From NCBI RefSeq assembly GCF_009914755.1, contig NC_060926.1: DNA of 64,000 nt; one strand, written 5' to 3'. The notes under the pieces are model-generated. The model was not told the origin of the DNA, searched no databases, and saw only the letters and a list, made by a program, of their open reading frames with translations. The first letter of the stretch is position 1. Every line of letters begins with the position of its first letter. Both the position numbers and the translations under genes were made by a program. This stretch comes from the human T2T-CHM13v2.0 reference genome, Homo sapiens. Shown here in pieces: positions 16,583 through 29,225 of this stretch.

Positions 16583-16859
16583 GTATATATATGGAGGAAC
16601 CATGCCTCAGATCATTTTCAATCTGAACGTCCAGGATTTGTGAGAAGTACAGAGGTCTCTAGTGTGTGTATATGTGTGTGTATGTGTGTATATATACATA
16701 TGTATATTGAGAGAGTTAACTATATATTATATATACTATATATACTTAACTGTATAATTATAGTTAAATATATAAATATAAAATATACAGTTTTATACAG
16801 TATATATAAAATATACAATATATAATACATAATACATTAGTTATATATACTATATATAC

Positions 16860-17005
16860 TATATATACTACACGTATAGTATATATATGAAACTATATAT
16901 ATACTATACGTGTAGTATATATATGAAACTATATATATACTATACGTGTAGTATATATATGAAACTATATACTATACGTATAGTATATATATGAAACTAT
17001 ATATA
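16860..17005. repeat. AT-rich minisatellite, about 4 copies of a 36-bp self-complementary unit
   Basis: GAAACT recurs at 16889, 16925, 16961 and 16993; unit TATACGTGTAGTATATATATGAAACTATATATATAC. Confidence 0.9.
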
Positions 17006-17185
17006 CTATATATACTTAACTATAATTGTATATAGTTAAAAATATAAATATAAAATATACAGTTAAATATATTAATATATAATAGTAATACATTACAGTT
17101 ACATATAATATATAAATAAAATATATAAATATATCTTATATATTTATATATATACACTATGAGTGAACTTTGGGGTGTATATATA

Positions 17186-17235
17186 TATATTTTGGGTGTG
17201 TGTGTGTGTGTGTATGTGTGTGTGTGTGTGTGTGT
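17186..17235. repeat. (TG)n microsatellite
   Basis: Read directly; one interruption. Confidence 0.9.
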
Positions 17236-17500
17236 TTTTGGAGACAGGGTGTTGCTCTGTCGGCCATACTGCATGATCACCACTCACTGCAGCCTTGACC
17301 TCCCAGGCTGAAGCAATCCTCCCAAGTAGCTGGGACTACAGGCATGTGCCACCATGACAAGCTAATTTTTACATTTTTTTGTAGAGATAAGGTTGCACCG
17401 TGTTGCCCAGGCTAGTCTGGAACTCCTGGCCTCAAGCAATCCTTTCAGCTTGGCCTCCCAAAGTGCTGGAATTACAGACATGAGCCACTGTGCCTAGTCC
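17236..17500 (-). mobile_element. Alu (J-like)
   Basis: Reverse Alu with small internal deletions. Confidence 0.9.
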
Positions 17501-19434
17501 AATTTAACTATAAACACCAGAAGTTTCTTCAGTACTTAGTTTCTGAGGCATAGAGATAGATTGGGGAAAATGAAGGATATTAATCTGAGAATCCTTTGTC
17601 ACGGCCATATCCAATGAAAAATAAACGAAGTTTAATCAGGATGGCTCTGAAGAAGGTACCAGTGCATGAGAAATCACTGTGGACAGTGATGGGATGTTAA
17701 AGAGAAAAGCATAAAAAGAGTCATAATTCATGTGGGCCTCCTCCTTACATAAGAGAATATGCTGCCACTTTCTAGCATGGTCTTCCATGCTCTCTCCTGG
17801 ACACAATTTGTAGGGTTCAAGGTTTCCTTCTCTCACTGCCCAGATGCAGCCTGGGTGCAGATAAATATCTTTTGAGGGAGAGAGTTAGTACTTGTCTGGG
17901 GCTCACTGCCGTTTGTGTGCTTTTAACTGTTGGTCCTTTTTAAAATCATTGCTCCACGATTGAAGCAAATGACCTTTAACTGTTATATAAACTTGGAGAG
18001 CCAGTTGAGGACAGTGCTTTATGCTTGGCAGGAGTAAGTGCGGGTCATAATAGAAGCTTTTTAGCAGTGGATTCTGGGCTAAAGTTTCTCTAGGAAAGGC
18101 CCAGGATCACACAATCCCAAAATACTAGAGTTAGAAGAGACTTTAGAGAACTATCCAGCTCTCTTTCATTAGAAATAATGATAGTTTTTCATTGACATTC
18201 CTATTTTGTGGTCTTCTCTCTGCTTGGAAGGCAAATCCCTTGCTTTGCAAAACACTCTTATTAGTGCCATAAACTACTAAGGAACAGGAAATTCCAAATT
18301 GCAGGCTAGTACAGACCCAGACGAGCCTTCCCAGAATCTCTGGGGAACTGGCTTCAGGCCGTACACCCCCAGAACTGCTGTGATGACTCTGTTGGACATT
18401 AGAGTATATGGAGGAGCCATGCCTGAGATCATTTTCAATCTGAACATCCAGGATTTGTGAGAATTACAGAGGTCTCTGGTGTATGGGGAAAACTGGGATT
18501 ACTCTTCTACCATACGGAGAACTTCGAATGATAGGGACAAACATTTGTGTAGTGTTTGATGATATAGATAGGCATGATTATCCTCGTTCTCTTTTATTTT
18601 TTTAGATAAGCAAACCAAGACTCAGGAAATACTTGTTTACTCACATAGTTGGTTGGTAAAATGACAAAGCTGATGTTGAGACCTGGGCCCTGGAATTTCC
18701 GATCCTATGCATTTCCTGTAGCATTACATTTTCTCTGGGAAATCCATTCAATGTTGGGGAACACCTTGTTATTCTGAAGCCAAGGAAATTGCCAGGAGAG
18801 GATAGAAGAGGTGGTGGAGGAATGACACCTCTTGGTGGGGTCAGTGGTATTGAGATCCTGTGGAAAATCTAGGAGATGCTGCTACTTATTTCCTGTGTAT
18901 TCACTTGATACCTATTGCCCTTTACATCTTCTTCAGTATGAGCCAGACTAACCCATGGCTCCACTTCATCCCAGACTCTAGAGCCTACACTCTATTCCCG
19001 AGGACTGGTCACCTTCTCCCCCTGTACTTGGCATGGTGTCCCATTGGGGTAGTGCTACTGAAGGACAGTCTCTGAAGAAGAGTATCTTCCTTATTCTTGG
19101 GGTAGAAACTCTTAACATAGATGGGGTGATAAAATGCAAGAGATTTATAACAGCTTGCCATTAGAGCTAGAGTATATTATTTATCACCATTGATTATTTT
19201 GCCAAATGTTTTTGTTTAAAAAGCTTCTTAGTTTCTGGATGCCTCAGGGTAATTTGTCACCTGCACTATTCAATATCCGTGCCATTACAGCTGAGAGGAG
19301 TGTGCTGGCCTCTAATGTTCAGAGCGCAGCTGGCAACCAGCCTGACAAAAGTACATGACATGACGCTCTCAGGAGGCGGCCAGACACCCTGGTCACTAGG
19401 GGAGGTGTGCTCTTTAGGTAAGGGACACACAAAC

Positions 19435-19608
19435 CATTGTTGAATAGCTCCTGTGTGCAGAGAGGGACCAGGAGCATAATCATTATCTGGAAGCTTATTG
19501 AAGATGTAGAATCTTGGGCCCTATCTATCTCAGACCTACCAAATCCGGATCTGTGTTGTAGTGAGATCCTCTGGGAGTTCATGTGCATTAAAGTTTGAGA
19601 AACACAGG
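19435..19608. mobile_element. MER5-type hAT MITE
   Basis: GCAGAATC-like core and the terminus AAAGTTTGAGAAACAC. Confidence 0.55.
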
Positions 19609-19609
19609 A

Positions 19610-20155
19610 ATAGTGGACAGTGCTGGATGCCTATCAGCATCCATTTCCTTTGTCTTTCCTAATAACGAGATGCACATTTTCTTCGGTTACTTCCCCTTCA
19701 CCCTTAGCCATGAGAATCCATTCTTTAAGTAGGTGAGAGCATGGTTTTCCCGTGGTGACTGTTTATGGTCTAGAGGTATCCACATGATCTGGGTTGCCTC
19801 AGTCATAAGGAAAGACTTTATTTTTTGAGGGGGGAGGGGGAAGCATTTTCCTTCACATCCAGAATGAGAGAGCAAATAATGAAGCATAGCTGTGACCGTA
19901 TTTCCACTGGCAGCCATTCTGTGACCTTGAGGGGATCAGTCTTGAGGTGAGTCTGACACTGAAGTTGTCAGAGCAGAAAGACAGAAGGAACCTGCATTTT
20001 TGGTTCTGGCACTCACCTGCTGGTCACAGGATCCAGGCCTGGATCTCTCTCTGCCTCTCATCTCATAGTTCTGTGTGATAATAAATTTTCCCATGGTTTA
20101 TGCCAGTTTGACTTTGGGTTTTCTGATTTCCTGCAGCTGGAAGCATCCTAGTCTG
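19610..20155. mobile_element. Old MaLR LTR (MLT1-type)
   Basis: AATAAATTTTCCC...GCCAGTTTGACTTTGGGTTTTCTG...TGCAGCTGGAAGCATCCTA resembles an MLT1 3' end. Confidence 0.5.
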
Positions 20156-20609
20156 CTTTGGTAATGAGCACTCTGAGCACAAAGTGCTGTGTGCGTGGTC
20201 CTCTTGTGAAAGGCCTACATTCTCAGGTGCTCCTAGGCTTTTCTCCTAGTCTTGTGAATTGTGCTTTTACCCTGTGGTGATTATTCCACTGTTCACATGA
20301 AAGTTGGTGGAGGGAGAGGAAAGCTATAAGGGCAGAGAGTAGAATTGGGAGGCTGTCCTGAGGGAAGGCAGGCTTGCACTCAGAAGTGCTGTGTGCTGGA
20401 CTGTGGGGTGAGCCAGGCTGCAGTTGGCTGGCTGTGGAGCCCACTGGCTGGAGTGCTGGTCCATGCTTTGCTCCTCATTTGGTGTTTGAACCTCAGTTTC
20501 CTTATCTGTAAAATAGAATCCTAATGAAATAGTGGAGGTAGATTGGAAATGCTTTGAAAACTTGACTCTTTTTTGCCCGGTTTAATTATCCTGGTTTTTT
20601 TTTTCCTTT

Positions 20610-21160
20610 TTTGCTATAGCAAAATATAAATAACACAAAATTTACCATCATAATCATTTTTAAGTGTATAATTCAGTGACAGTAACTTCACATTCACAAT
20701 GCGATTAAACAATAACTCCCATTCTGCCTTGCCCCCAGCCCCTAGTAACTTCTGTTCTACTTTTTGTCTCTATGAATTTGCCTACTCTAGGTACGTCATA
20801 TAAGTAGAATCATATATTTTTATCCTTTTGTGTCTTGCTAATTTTACTTGGCATAATGTCCCCAAGGTTCATCCATGTTGTAGCTATATCAGAATTTTGT
20901 TCCTTTTTATGGCTGAATAATATTCCATTGTATGTATATACTGTACTTGTTTATCCATTTATCTGTTGATGGACACGGGTGATTTTCACCTTTTGGCTAT
21001 TGTGAGTAATGTCACTTATGAACACTTGAGTACTGTGAGCACTGGTGTACAAATATCTGTTTGAGTCCCTGCTTTTAATTCTTTTGGGCATATACCTAGG
21101 AGTGGAGTTGCTGGATCATATGGTAATTCTGTGTTTACCTTTTAGGACCTGTCAAACTGT
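20610..21160 (-). mobile_element. L1MB-type 3' fragment
   Basis: AAGGTTCATCCATGTTGTAGC; GAATAATATTCCATTGTATGTATA. Confidence 0.85.
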
Positions 21161-21258
21161 TGAAAAGTTAACTCTTATGTTATTTATATTTTCAGACATA
21201 GATTGGAAGATGGACTTATGCTTTTTCTCTTTCTCTCCTTTCCTTCCCTCCCTTCCTT

Positions 21259-21671
21259 TGTTGGAGGCTGAAAGAATGAGGGTCAGTGATCAACTCAGTA
21301 TACCACTGGAGGCTATATGAGTAAACAGCAAACTGTTCTCATGAATGCAGAATGTTAGCAAGCTGACAACTGCGTCTGCTGCCCAGAAGGAATGCTGAGG
21401 GCAGTCATGCCCCAGGCACAGTGTTGCTTGTGATTAGGCAAATCTGAAGCCTGTTAGCAGTAATGTGAACCTGTGATCAGTCAAGCAGCTGACCAATCGT
21501 TACCTACTCCTCCCTGCTCTTTCTACCCAATAAATACAAAGGCTGTAGAAGCTCAGGGCTGCCTTTGCTCACTAGAAGCAGGGATCCCCCTGACCCCTTC
21601 TTTAAAACAGTTTCTTTTTTGTTTTCATTTCTGCGTTCATCCGCCTTCGTTCAGTCCTGTAGTAACTGTCA
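21259..21671 (+). mobile_element. Solo LTR3-family LTR (HERV-K HML-6)
   Basis: TGTTGGAGGCTGAAAGAATGAGGGTC...GTAACTGTCA matches the recalled LTR3 consensus; TG...CA termini, CCAAT at 21493, AATAAA at 21529. Confidence 0.8.
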
Positions 21672-21714
21672 CTACCTACCTACCTTTGTTCCTTCCTTCC
21701 TTCTCCCCTACCCT

Positions 21715-21998
21715 TGACATATAGGGTCTCACTGTGTCTCCCAGGCTAGAGTGCAGTAGAGCCATCACAGCTCACTGCAGCCTCAACCTCCTGAGCTTAA
21801 GCGATCCTCCCACCTCAGCCTCCTGAGTAGCTGGGACCACAGGCGCACACTACCGTGCCTGGCTAATTTTTCATTTTTTGTAGAGACGGTGTCTCTCTAT
21901 GTTGCCCAGACTGGTCTTGAACTCCTGGGCTCAAGTGTTGCTCCTGCCTCAGCCTCCCAAAATGTTGAGATTACAAGTGTGAGCCAACACGCCCAGCC
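21715..21998 (-). mobile_element. Alu (J-like)
   Basis: Reverse Alu dimer. Confidence 0.9.
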
Positions 21999-22124
21999 TT
22001 TTTTTCTTAAGACTATAGATTTTCATTGGTTGAGAGGACTTGGTAATTTTAACATGGAACTTCTGAACTGACCATTTTATAAGATATCGAACATACGATC
22101 AGATTCATATTTTACCCTCATTAA

Positions 22125-22468
<344 letters not shown>

Positions 22469-22749
22469 TGAACATGATTCTTGAAGTTGTTGATTTGAAG
22501 GTACCCAACTTTGTGTGTGAGAACAAATTGGTTTATTTCTACTAATGAGTACAATGTTATCTCTATGATCTGTGAAAAACAAAAGGCTGAATGTATGAAG
22601 GGGAAATTATGGATATAAAATACAAGATCTCACAGTTCTATTAATACTTTCTAGCAAACAGACTATTTAATACCTAAAAATTGTAAGTATAGGACTATGA
22701 AGAAAGCCATTATGAGAATTCCTGTTACAGTATCTTTGAAACATACTAG

Positions 22750-23127
<378 letters not shown>

Positions 23128-23148
23128 ACGATTTGTGCGTTTTTATAG

Positions 23149-23617
<469 letters not shown>

Positions 23618-24819
23618 TAACTCTTCAGAAACTGCCAAGGCGCCGGGGGCAGCTTCTGATTCCCACCGTTAGGGCAGGCTGAGCAAGGAGCTAAGCCTTG
23701 CTTAGCTAAGCCTCACACTAATATCACTTCCACGAAATTATTCTGTATGGGATAATTTATATACCCTTAGACACTGGCTTTAATTCAGAGTTTGCACATA
23801 AAGTTCTCTGTAGAAGGCTATGAAGATACATAATCACAATATCCCTTGACATCCATGGATGTGAGAAATGCTAGCCTGGAAAATGTGAGAATTGGTTCCT
23901 GAGAATTTTTAAATGTCCTCAGCGACATTAAAACACTTCAAAATAACTTGTAAAAATGTGTTGTTCTAGAGTGATTTGCATTACATGTAATTTTAAAAGT
24001 TTATTAGTCTGTAAATATGAGTTGATTTTAATTGCCTGTGATACATAATTACTTATGTTCCATAAGGAGTAAGAAAATAAGACTTTCTCATTGCGGTCTT
24101 ATAATCAACTCTCTTAATTTTTAAAAACTATTACTTTTAGTTTGCAGCACAGTGCTAGGTTTATATTAGAAACTATAATTATGAAGAAGCATGATAAAAA
24201 TCTAATCTCTTTATAGGATCACATTCTTCACATTTAAAAGACATTTTTCTATTACCCTCTCCCTCAAATGAAACCTCTGTGAAATTGGAAATATTCTGTC
24301 TTCGATGTGCTTGTTATAGAATCTATATCAGTCTTCAACATACATTTGTGGGAAGTGTGTGGCGTGTGTAGGTATGTGGGTGTGTGTCCTTTCATAATAT
24401 TTTTAGTGAGTTGATCAACATTTAAACTGGCAAACAATTATAAACTGGTTTGACACTAAAGCAGCCTTAAAAACTGTTATCTGAAAGTCACTCTGAGCAC
24501 AAATATTTATACCACGGACTGTCGTAGGTGCTGGGGAGTCAGCAGTGAACAAGTGGAGCCCACCCGCCAGCCCCACCACCTCCCATGGAGTCCTGGGTTC
24601 TCCCCACGTTGGAGCATCCTTTGCTCCCTCATTTCCTGCCTGAGGAAGAGGTGGTGGAGAATGCCTTCCTGGTGCCTTTCCTGCGGGGAGTTGTTCAGCT
24701 GTGTATTCTCAGGGCCAGCAGATGATGGGCCACAGGGTGGGTGTCCACAGGTATTTTTTGAGTGGATGATGAGGTTGCTGTCACCTCTCAACTGGACTGT
24801 TTTATTAGCTTCCTAACGA

Positions 24820-25470
24820 GTTTCCCTCACTGCCCCTCGCCAGCTCCAGTCTATTCTTAACACAGCAGCCAAAGTGATCTTGTTAAAATTTACTAAGTCA
24901 GATCCTGTCAGTCTGGTTCAAAGCCCTCCAGTGGATCTCCATTTTACCCTAAGGAAAAGCCGTAGTCTTTAGAGAGACCCATGAGGCCCCACAGTGTTTG
25001 GCCCCCTGCTGCCCTCTGATCTCATCTCCTACTATTCTTCCCCTCATTCATTCCCCTTTATCCACGTCTGTCCCCTAGGTGTTTCTCAAACTCACCAGCG
25101 GGGCTTCCATCCCAGAGGCTTTCACCAGCTGTTCCTACCCAAAGACTGTGGCAGAGCTCACTCCTTCACCTCCTCTGGGAGGTCCTCCGTAACTGTCCTA
25201 TCAAAAATTGCCCTGACACTCCTGATTGCCCCCTCCCTGCTTGCTTTTCTCCTGACACTTAGAATATAAATGTCTCTTTGTTCACTGCTAAACACAAACA
25301 CACACACACAGCTTCGATGGATGGATGGATGGATTTTAATTTTGTTGTCATGTCTGTCCTTACTATAAGCCTCACCATGGCAAGAGTTTTTCTGTTTTGT
25401 TCATCGTATCCACAACAGCTGGAAGAGTGCCTGTTAGTGTACCCAGTTAATATTTGTCAAATTAATTTTA
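24820..25470. mobile_element. L2 fragment
   Basis: CACAGCAGCCAAAGTGATCTT...AAGTCAGATC...AAAGCCCTCCAGTGG is typical L2 3' region. Confidence 0.6.
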
Positions 25471-25789
25471 AAAACTCTTAACCAGCATTTCTGCCTGAAG
25501 TATACTTTTAGTAGGGTCAGAATGATGCCTTCTGTGTGTCTGTGTGTGCTTTGATAAATAACCATTGGTTTTGCCACACTAGCTCAATGCTAATTGGTCT
25601 GATTCTGTTACCAATGGGTCAGAAGAAAGGTTGAGCCCCTGTCTTTCCTGATAAACCCAGTAGCTCAGTGAAAAAAATCAGCTGCATTTGTCATTTGGCT
25701 GCAAAGTGCAAACACCAGTACAGACCTTACTCTCAGTTGTGTTGGTATTTGTCACTTAACCTGCTGTTGGAATCTCTCACTCTGTGGGT

Positions 25790-25910
25790 ATTTTGTTTGA
25801 GAAATCTCCAAACTGCTTTCCACAGTGGCTGAACTAATTTCCATTCCCACCAGCAGTGTATAGTGTTCCTTTTCTCTGCAGCCTCACCAGCATCTGTTAT
25901 TTTCTGACTG
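25790..25910 (-). mobile_element. Short L1P ORF2-end fragment
   Basis: TTGAGAAATCTCCAAACTGCTTTCCACAGTGGCTGAACTAATTT; the antisense ORF contains HCWWEWKLVQPLWKAVWRFLK, typical of the L1 ORF2 C-terminus. Confidence 0.85.
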
Positions 25911-26357
25911 TGCTTAATCTGTTTGAATCTCTGTTTAACACAGTGTATCTTCATAAGTGGCCTATGAAGTAGGTACTATTATTAGCCCATCTGACAGATA
26001 AGAAACCCGAGGTTTAGAAAGGCTAAGCAGTGTGATCAAGGTCATGTGGTAAATTAATAATAATTTGTATTGAGGCAGAACCAATGCAGTGTATGTGTGT
26101 GTGTGTTAGGGGTGGGGGTGTATGCATCTATGTGTGTGTAGATGGAGAAAGATATACCTCATTTTATTGCACTTCACAGATACTGCATATTTTACAAATT
26201 GAAGGATTGTAAAACCCTACGTCAAGCAAGTCTGTTGGTGCCATTTTTCCAACAGCATGTGCTCACTTCATGTCTGTGTGTCACACTTTGGTAATTCTCA
26301 CAATATTTCAAACTTCTTTGTTATGATTATATGTTGTGGTTCTCTGTGATCAGCAGT

Positions 26358-26664
26358 GTTTTTTTTTGTTTTTTTTTTTTTTTGAGGCGGAGTCTCACTC
26401 TGTTGCCAGGCTGGAGTGCAGTGGCGTGATCTTGGCTCAACTGCAACCTCTGCCTCCCGGGTTCAAGCAACTCTCATGCCTCAGCCTCCTGAGTAGCTGG
26501 GACTACAGGCTCATGCCACCATGCCCAGCTAATTTTTGTACTTTGTAGTAGAGACAGGGTTTCACCATGTTGGCCAGAATGGTCTCAATCTCTTGACCTC
26601 GTGATCCACCCACCTTGGCCTCCCGAAGTGCTGGGATTACAGGCATGAGCCACCATGCCCGGCC
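26358..26664 (-). mobile_element. Alu (S-like) inside Tigger1
   Basis: TSD GTGATCAGCAGT on both sides. Confidence 0.93.
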
Positions 26665-27278
26665 AGTGATCAGCAGTCTTTTATGTTACCATTGTAATTG
26701 TTTTGAGATACCACAAAAATGCACCCAAATAAGATATCACACTCAATTGATAAATGTTGTATGTGTTCTAACTGCTATACTTACTGGCCATTTGCCGATC
26801 TCTCACCCTCTCCTTGGGCCTCCCTATTCCCTGAGACACAACAATATTGAAATTAGACCAATTAATAACCCTATAATAATCTTTTAAGTGTTACAGTGAA
26901 AGGAAGAATCACACATCTCTCACTTTAAATCAAAAGCGAGAAACAAGTAAGCTTAGTGAGGAAGGCATGTTGAAAGCCAAGACAGGCTGAAAGCTAAGCC
27001 TCTTGCACCAGTTAGCCAAGTTGGGAATACAAAGGAAAAGTTCTTGAAAAAGTGCTACTCCAGTGAAAACACAAATGATAAGACAGCAAAACAGCTTTAT
27101 TGCTGATACAGGGAAAGTTTTAGTGGTTTGAATGGGACATAAAACCAGCCACAACATTCCCTTAAGTCAAAACCTAATCCAAAGCAAGGCCCTAACTCTT
27201 CAATTCTATGAAGGTGGAGAGAGGTGAGGAAGCTGCAGAAGAAAAGTTGGAAAGTTAGTAGAAGTTCATTCATGAAGC

Positions 27279-27875
27279 TTGAGGAAAGATCTCCGAAACA
27301 TAAAAGTGCAAGGTGAAGCAGCAGGTGCTGATGTAGAAGGTGCACCAAGTTATCCAGAAGATCTAGCTAAGATAATTAATGAAGGTGGCTACACCAAACA
27401 ACAGATTGTCAGTGTAGACAAAATAGCCTTCTGTTGGGAGAAGATGCCATCTAGGACTCAAGGCTGGAGAGGGGAAGTGAATGCCTGGCTTCACTGTTTC
27501 AAAGCCTCAAAGGGCAGGTTGACTCTCTTGTTAGGAGATAATGTACCTAGTGACTTTAAATTGAAGCCAGTGCTCATTTACTATTCCAAAAAAGCCAGAG
27601 CCCTTAAGAATTATGCTAAATCTACTCTGCCTCTGCTCTATAAATGGAACACTGAAGTCTGGATGACCACATATGTGTGTGCAGCGTGGTTTCCTGAATA
27701 TTTTAAGCCCACTGTTGAGACCTGCTCAGAAAAAAGGATTCCTTTTAAAACATTGTTCATTGACAATGCATCTGATCACCTAAGAACTCTGATGGAGAGA
27801 TGTGTAAGGAGATTAATGTTATTTCCATGCCTATTAACACAGCATCCATTCTGCAGCGCAGGGATCAAGGAGTAA
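27279..27875 (+). pseudogene. Decayed Tigger1 transposase (DDE-domain) reading-frame remnant
   Basis: The translation contains NIKVQGEAAGAD, IINEGGYTKQQI, RLTLLLG, KLKPVLIY, RALKNYAKSTLP and IDNA..H, as in Tigger/TIGD1-like transposases. The flanks carry frameshifts and stops. Confidence 0.88.
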
Positions 27876-28400
27876 CTTCATTCTTATTATTTAAGAAATA
27901 AATTGCATAGGCTATATAGCTGCTGCAGATGGTGATTCCTCTAATGGATCTGGGCAAGTAAAATGAAAACCTTCTGAAAAAGATTCACCATTCTTCTTGC
28001 CATTAAGAACATTCATGATTTATGGCAGGTGGTCAAAATACCAACATTAGTAGGAGTTTGGAAGAAGTTGATTCCAGCCTTCATGGATGACTTTCGGGGG
28101 CTCAAGACTTCAGTGGAAGAAGTAACTGCAGATGTGGTGGAAATCACAAGATAACTAGAATTAGAAGTGGAGTCTTAAGTTGTGACTTGAATTATTGCAA
28201 TTTCATGATAAAACTTGAACAGATGAGGGGTTGCTTCTTATGGATGAACAAAGAAAGTGATTTCTTGAAATGTAGTCTACTCCTGATGAACTTCCTGTGA
28301 ACATTATTGAAATGATAACAAAGGATTTAGAATAATACATAAACTTAGTAAAGCAATGGCAGGGTTTGAGAGAATTGACTTCAATTTTGAATGTTCTAGT

Positions 28401-28690
28401 GGCCAGGCGCATAGCTCATGCCTGTAAATCCAGCACTTTGGGAGGCCAAGGTGGGAGGATTGCTTGAGCACAGGAATTTGAGATGTGCCTGGGCAATACA
28501 GCGAGATCCTGTCTCTACAAAAATAAAAATAATTAGCCAGGTGTGGTGGTGCACTATAATCCCAGCTACTTGGGAGGCTGAGGTGGAAGGATTGCTTAAG
28601 TCCAGGAGTTCAAGGCTACAGTGAGCTATGATCACACCTGGGTGACAGGCCAAGACCCTGTCTCAAAAAAAAAAAAAAAAAAAAAAGGAA
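28401..28690 (+). mobile_element. Alu (J-like) inside Tigger1
   Basis: Dimer with a poly-A tail. Confidence 0.92.
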
Positions 28691-28893
28691 AAGGAAAGAA
28701 ACATTGTTTGCCACAAGGAGGTTTTCTTCAATTGCCACAGCCACCCCAGGCTTCAGCAGCCACCATCCTGATCAGTCAGCAGTCGTCAACATCAAGGAAG
28801 ACCCTGCAAAAGATAATGACTCGCTGAAGGCTCAGATGATTGCTAGCATTTTTGAGCAATAAAGTATTTTAAAATTAAGATCTGTACTTCTTT

Positions 28894-28941
28894 TTAGACA
28901 TAATACTCTTGCACACTTTAGACATAATGCTCTTGCACACT
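28894..28941. repeat. 24-bp tandem duplication inside Tigger1
   Basis: TTAGACATAAT(A/G)CTCTTGCACACT twice. Confidence 0.9.
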
Positions 28942-29079
28942 TAATAGACTACAGTGTAGTGTGAACATAATTTTATATGCACTGAGAAACCAAAAAACTT
29001 GTGACTCGCTTTATTGTGATACGCACTCCATTGTGGTAGTCTGAAACTGAACCCTTAGTAGCTCCGAGGTATGCCTGTA

Positions 29080-29225
29080 TAGAGATAGATAAAGAGATAG
29101 ACTTATTTTGAGGAATAGGCTTGCAGGATTTTGGAGGCTGGCAAGTTTAAAATCCACAGAGACCCAATCCACTTGAGACCCAGGGAGGAGCCGGTGTTGC
29201 ACTTCAAGTCTGAAGGCTGTCTAAT
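29080..29225. mobile_element. MLT2-type LTR fragment (probable host of the Tigger1 insertion)
   Basis: GGAGGCTGGCAAGTTTAAAATC...CAAGTCTGAAGGCTGTCT; a matching 5' piece CAGAACCAAT lies near 26075. Confidence 0.5.

Larger units (their letters stand above)
15889..17177. repeat. Degenerate palindromic AT-rich repeat (PATRR-like inverted duplication)
   Basis: Outer arms 15889-15908 and 17158-17177 match 19/20 as reverse complements. Middle arms are ~15966-16090 and ~16700-16838. Inner unique arms 16147-16211 and 16595-16659 match 62/65. The self-complementary centre is CAGATATATCTG (16401-16412). Confidence 0.93.
26150..29077 (+). mobile_element. Near-full-length Tigger1 (pogo-like) DNA transposon with two Alu insertions
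   Basis: Termini ATACCTC (left) and GAGGTATGCCTG followed by TA (right); about 2.3 kb after removing the Alus. Confidence 0.9.

Noticed and set aside
16026-16825. ORFs of 80-163 aa rich in Y/I/C/V, two sharing DHFQSERPGFVR on opposite strands
   Set aside because: Translation of TA/TG repeats. The shared peptide only reflects the inverted duplication.
16860-17005. 36-bp palindromic repeats superficially resembling a CRISPR array
   Set aside because: The units are contiguous with no unique spacers, the context is eukaryotic, and there are no cas genes.
21250-21680. 6-bp TSD expected around the LTR3 element
   Set aside because: The flanks are low-complexity CT-rich and do not match cleanly, so no TSD is claimed.
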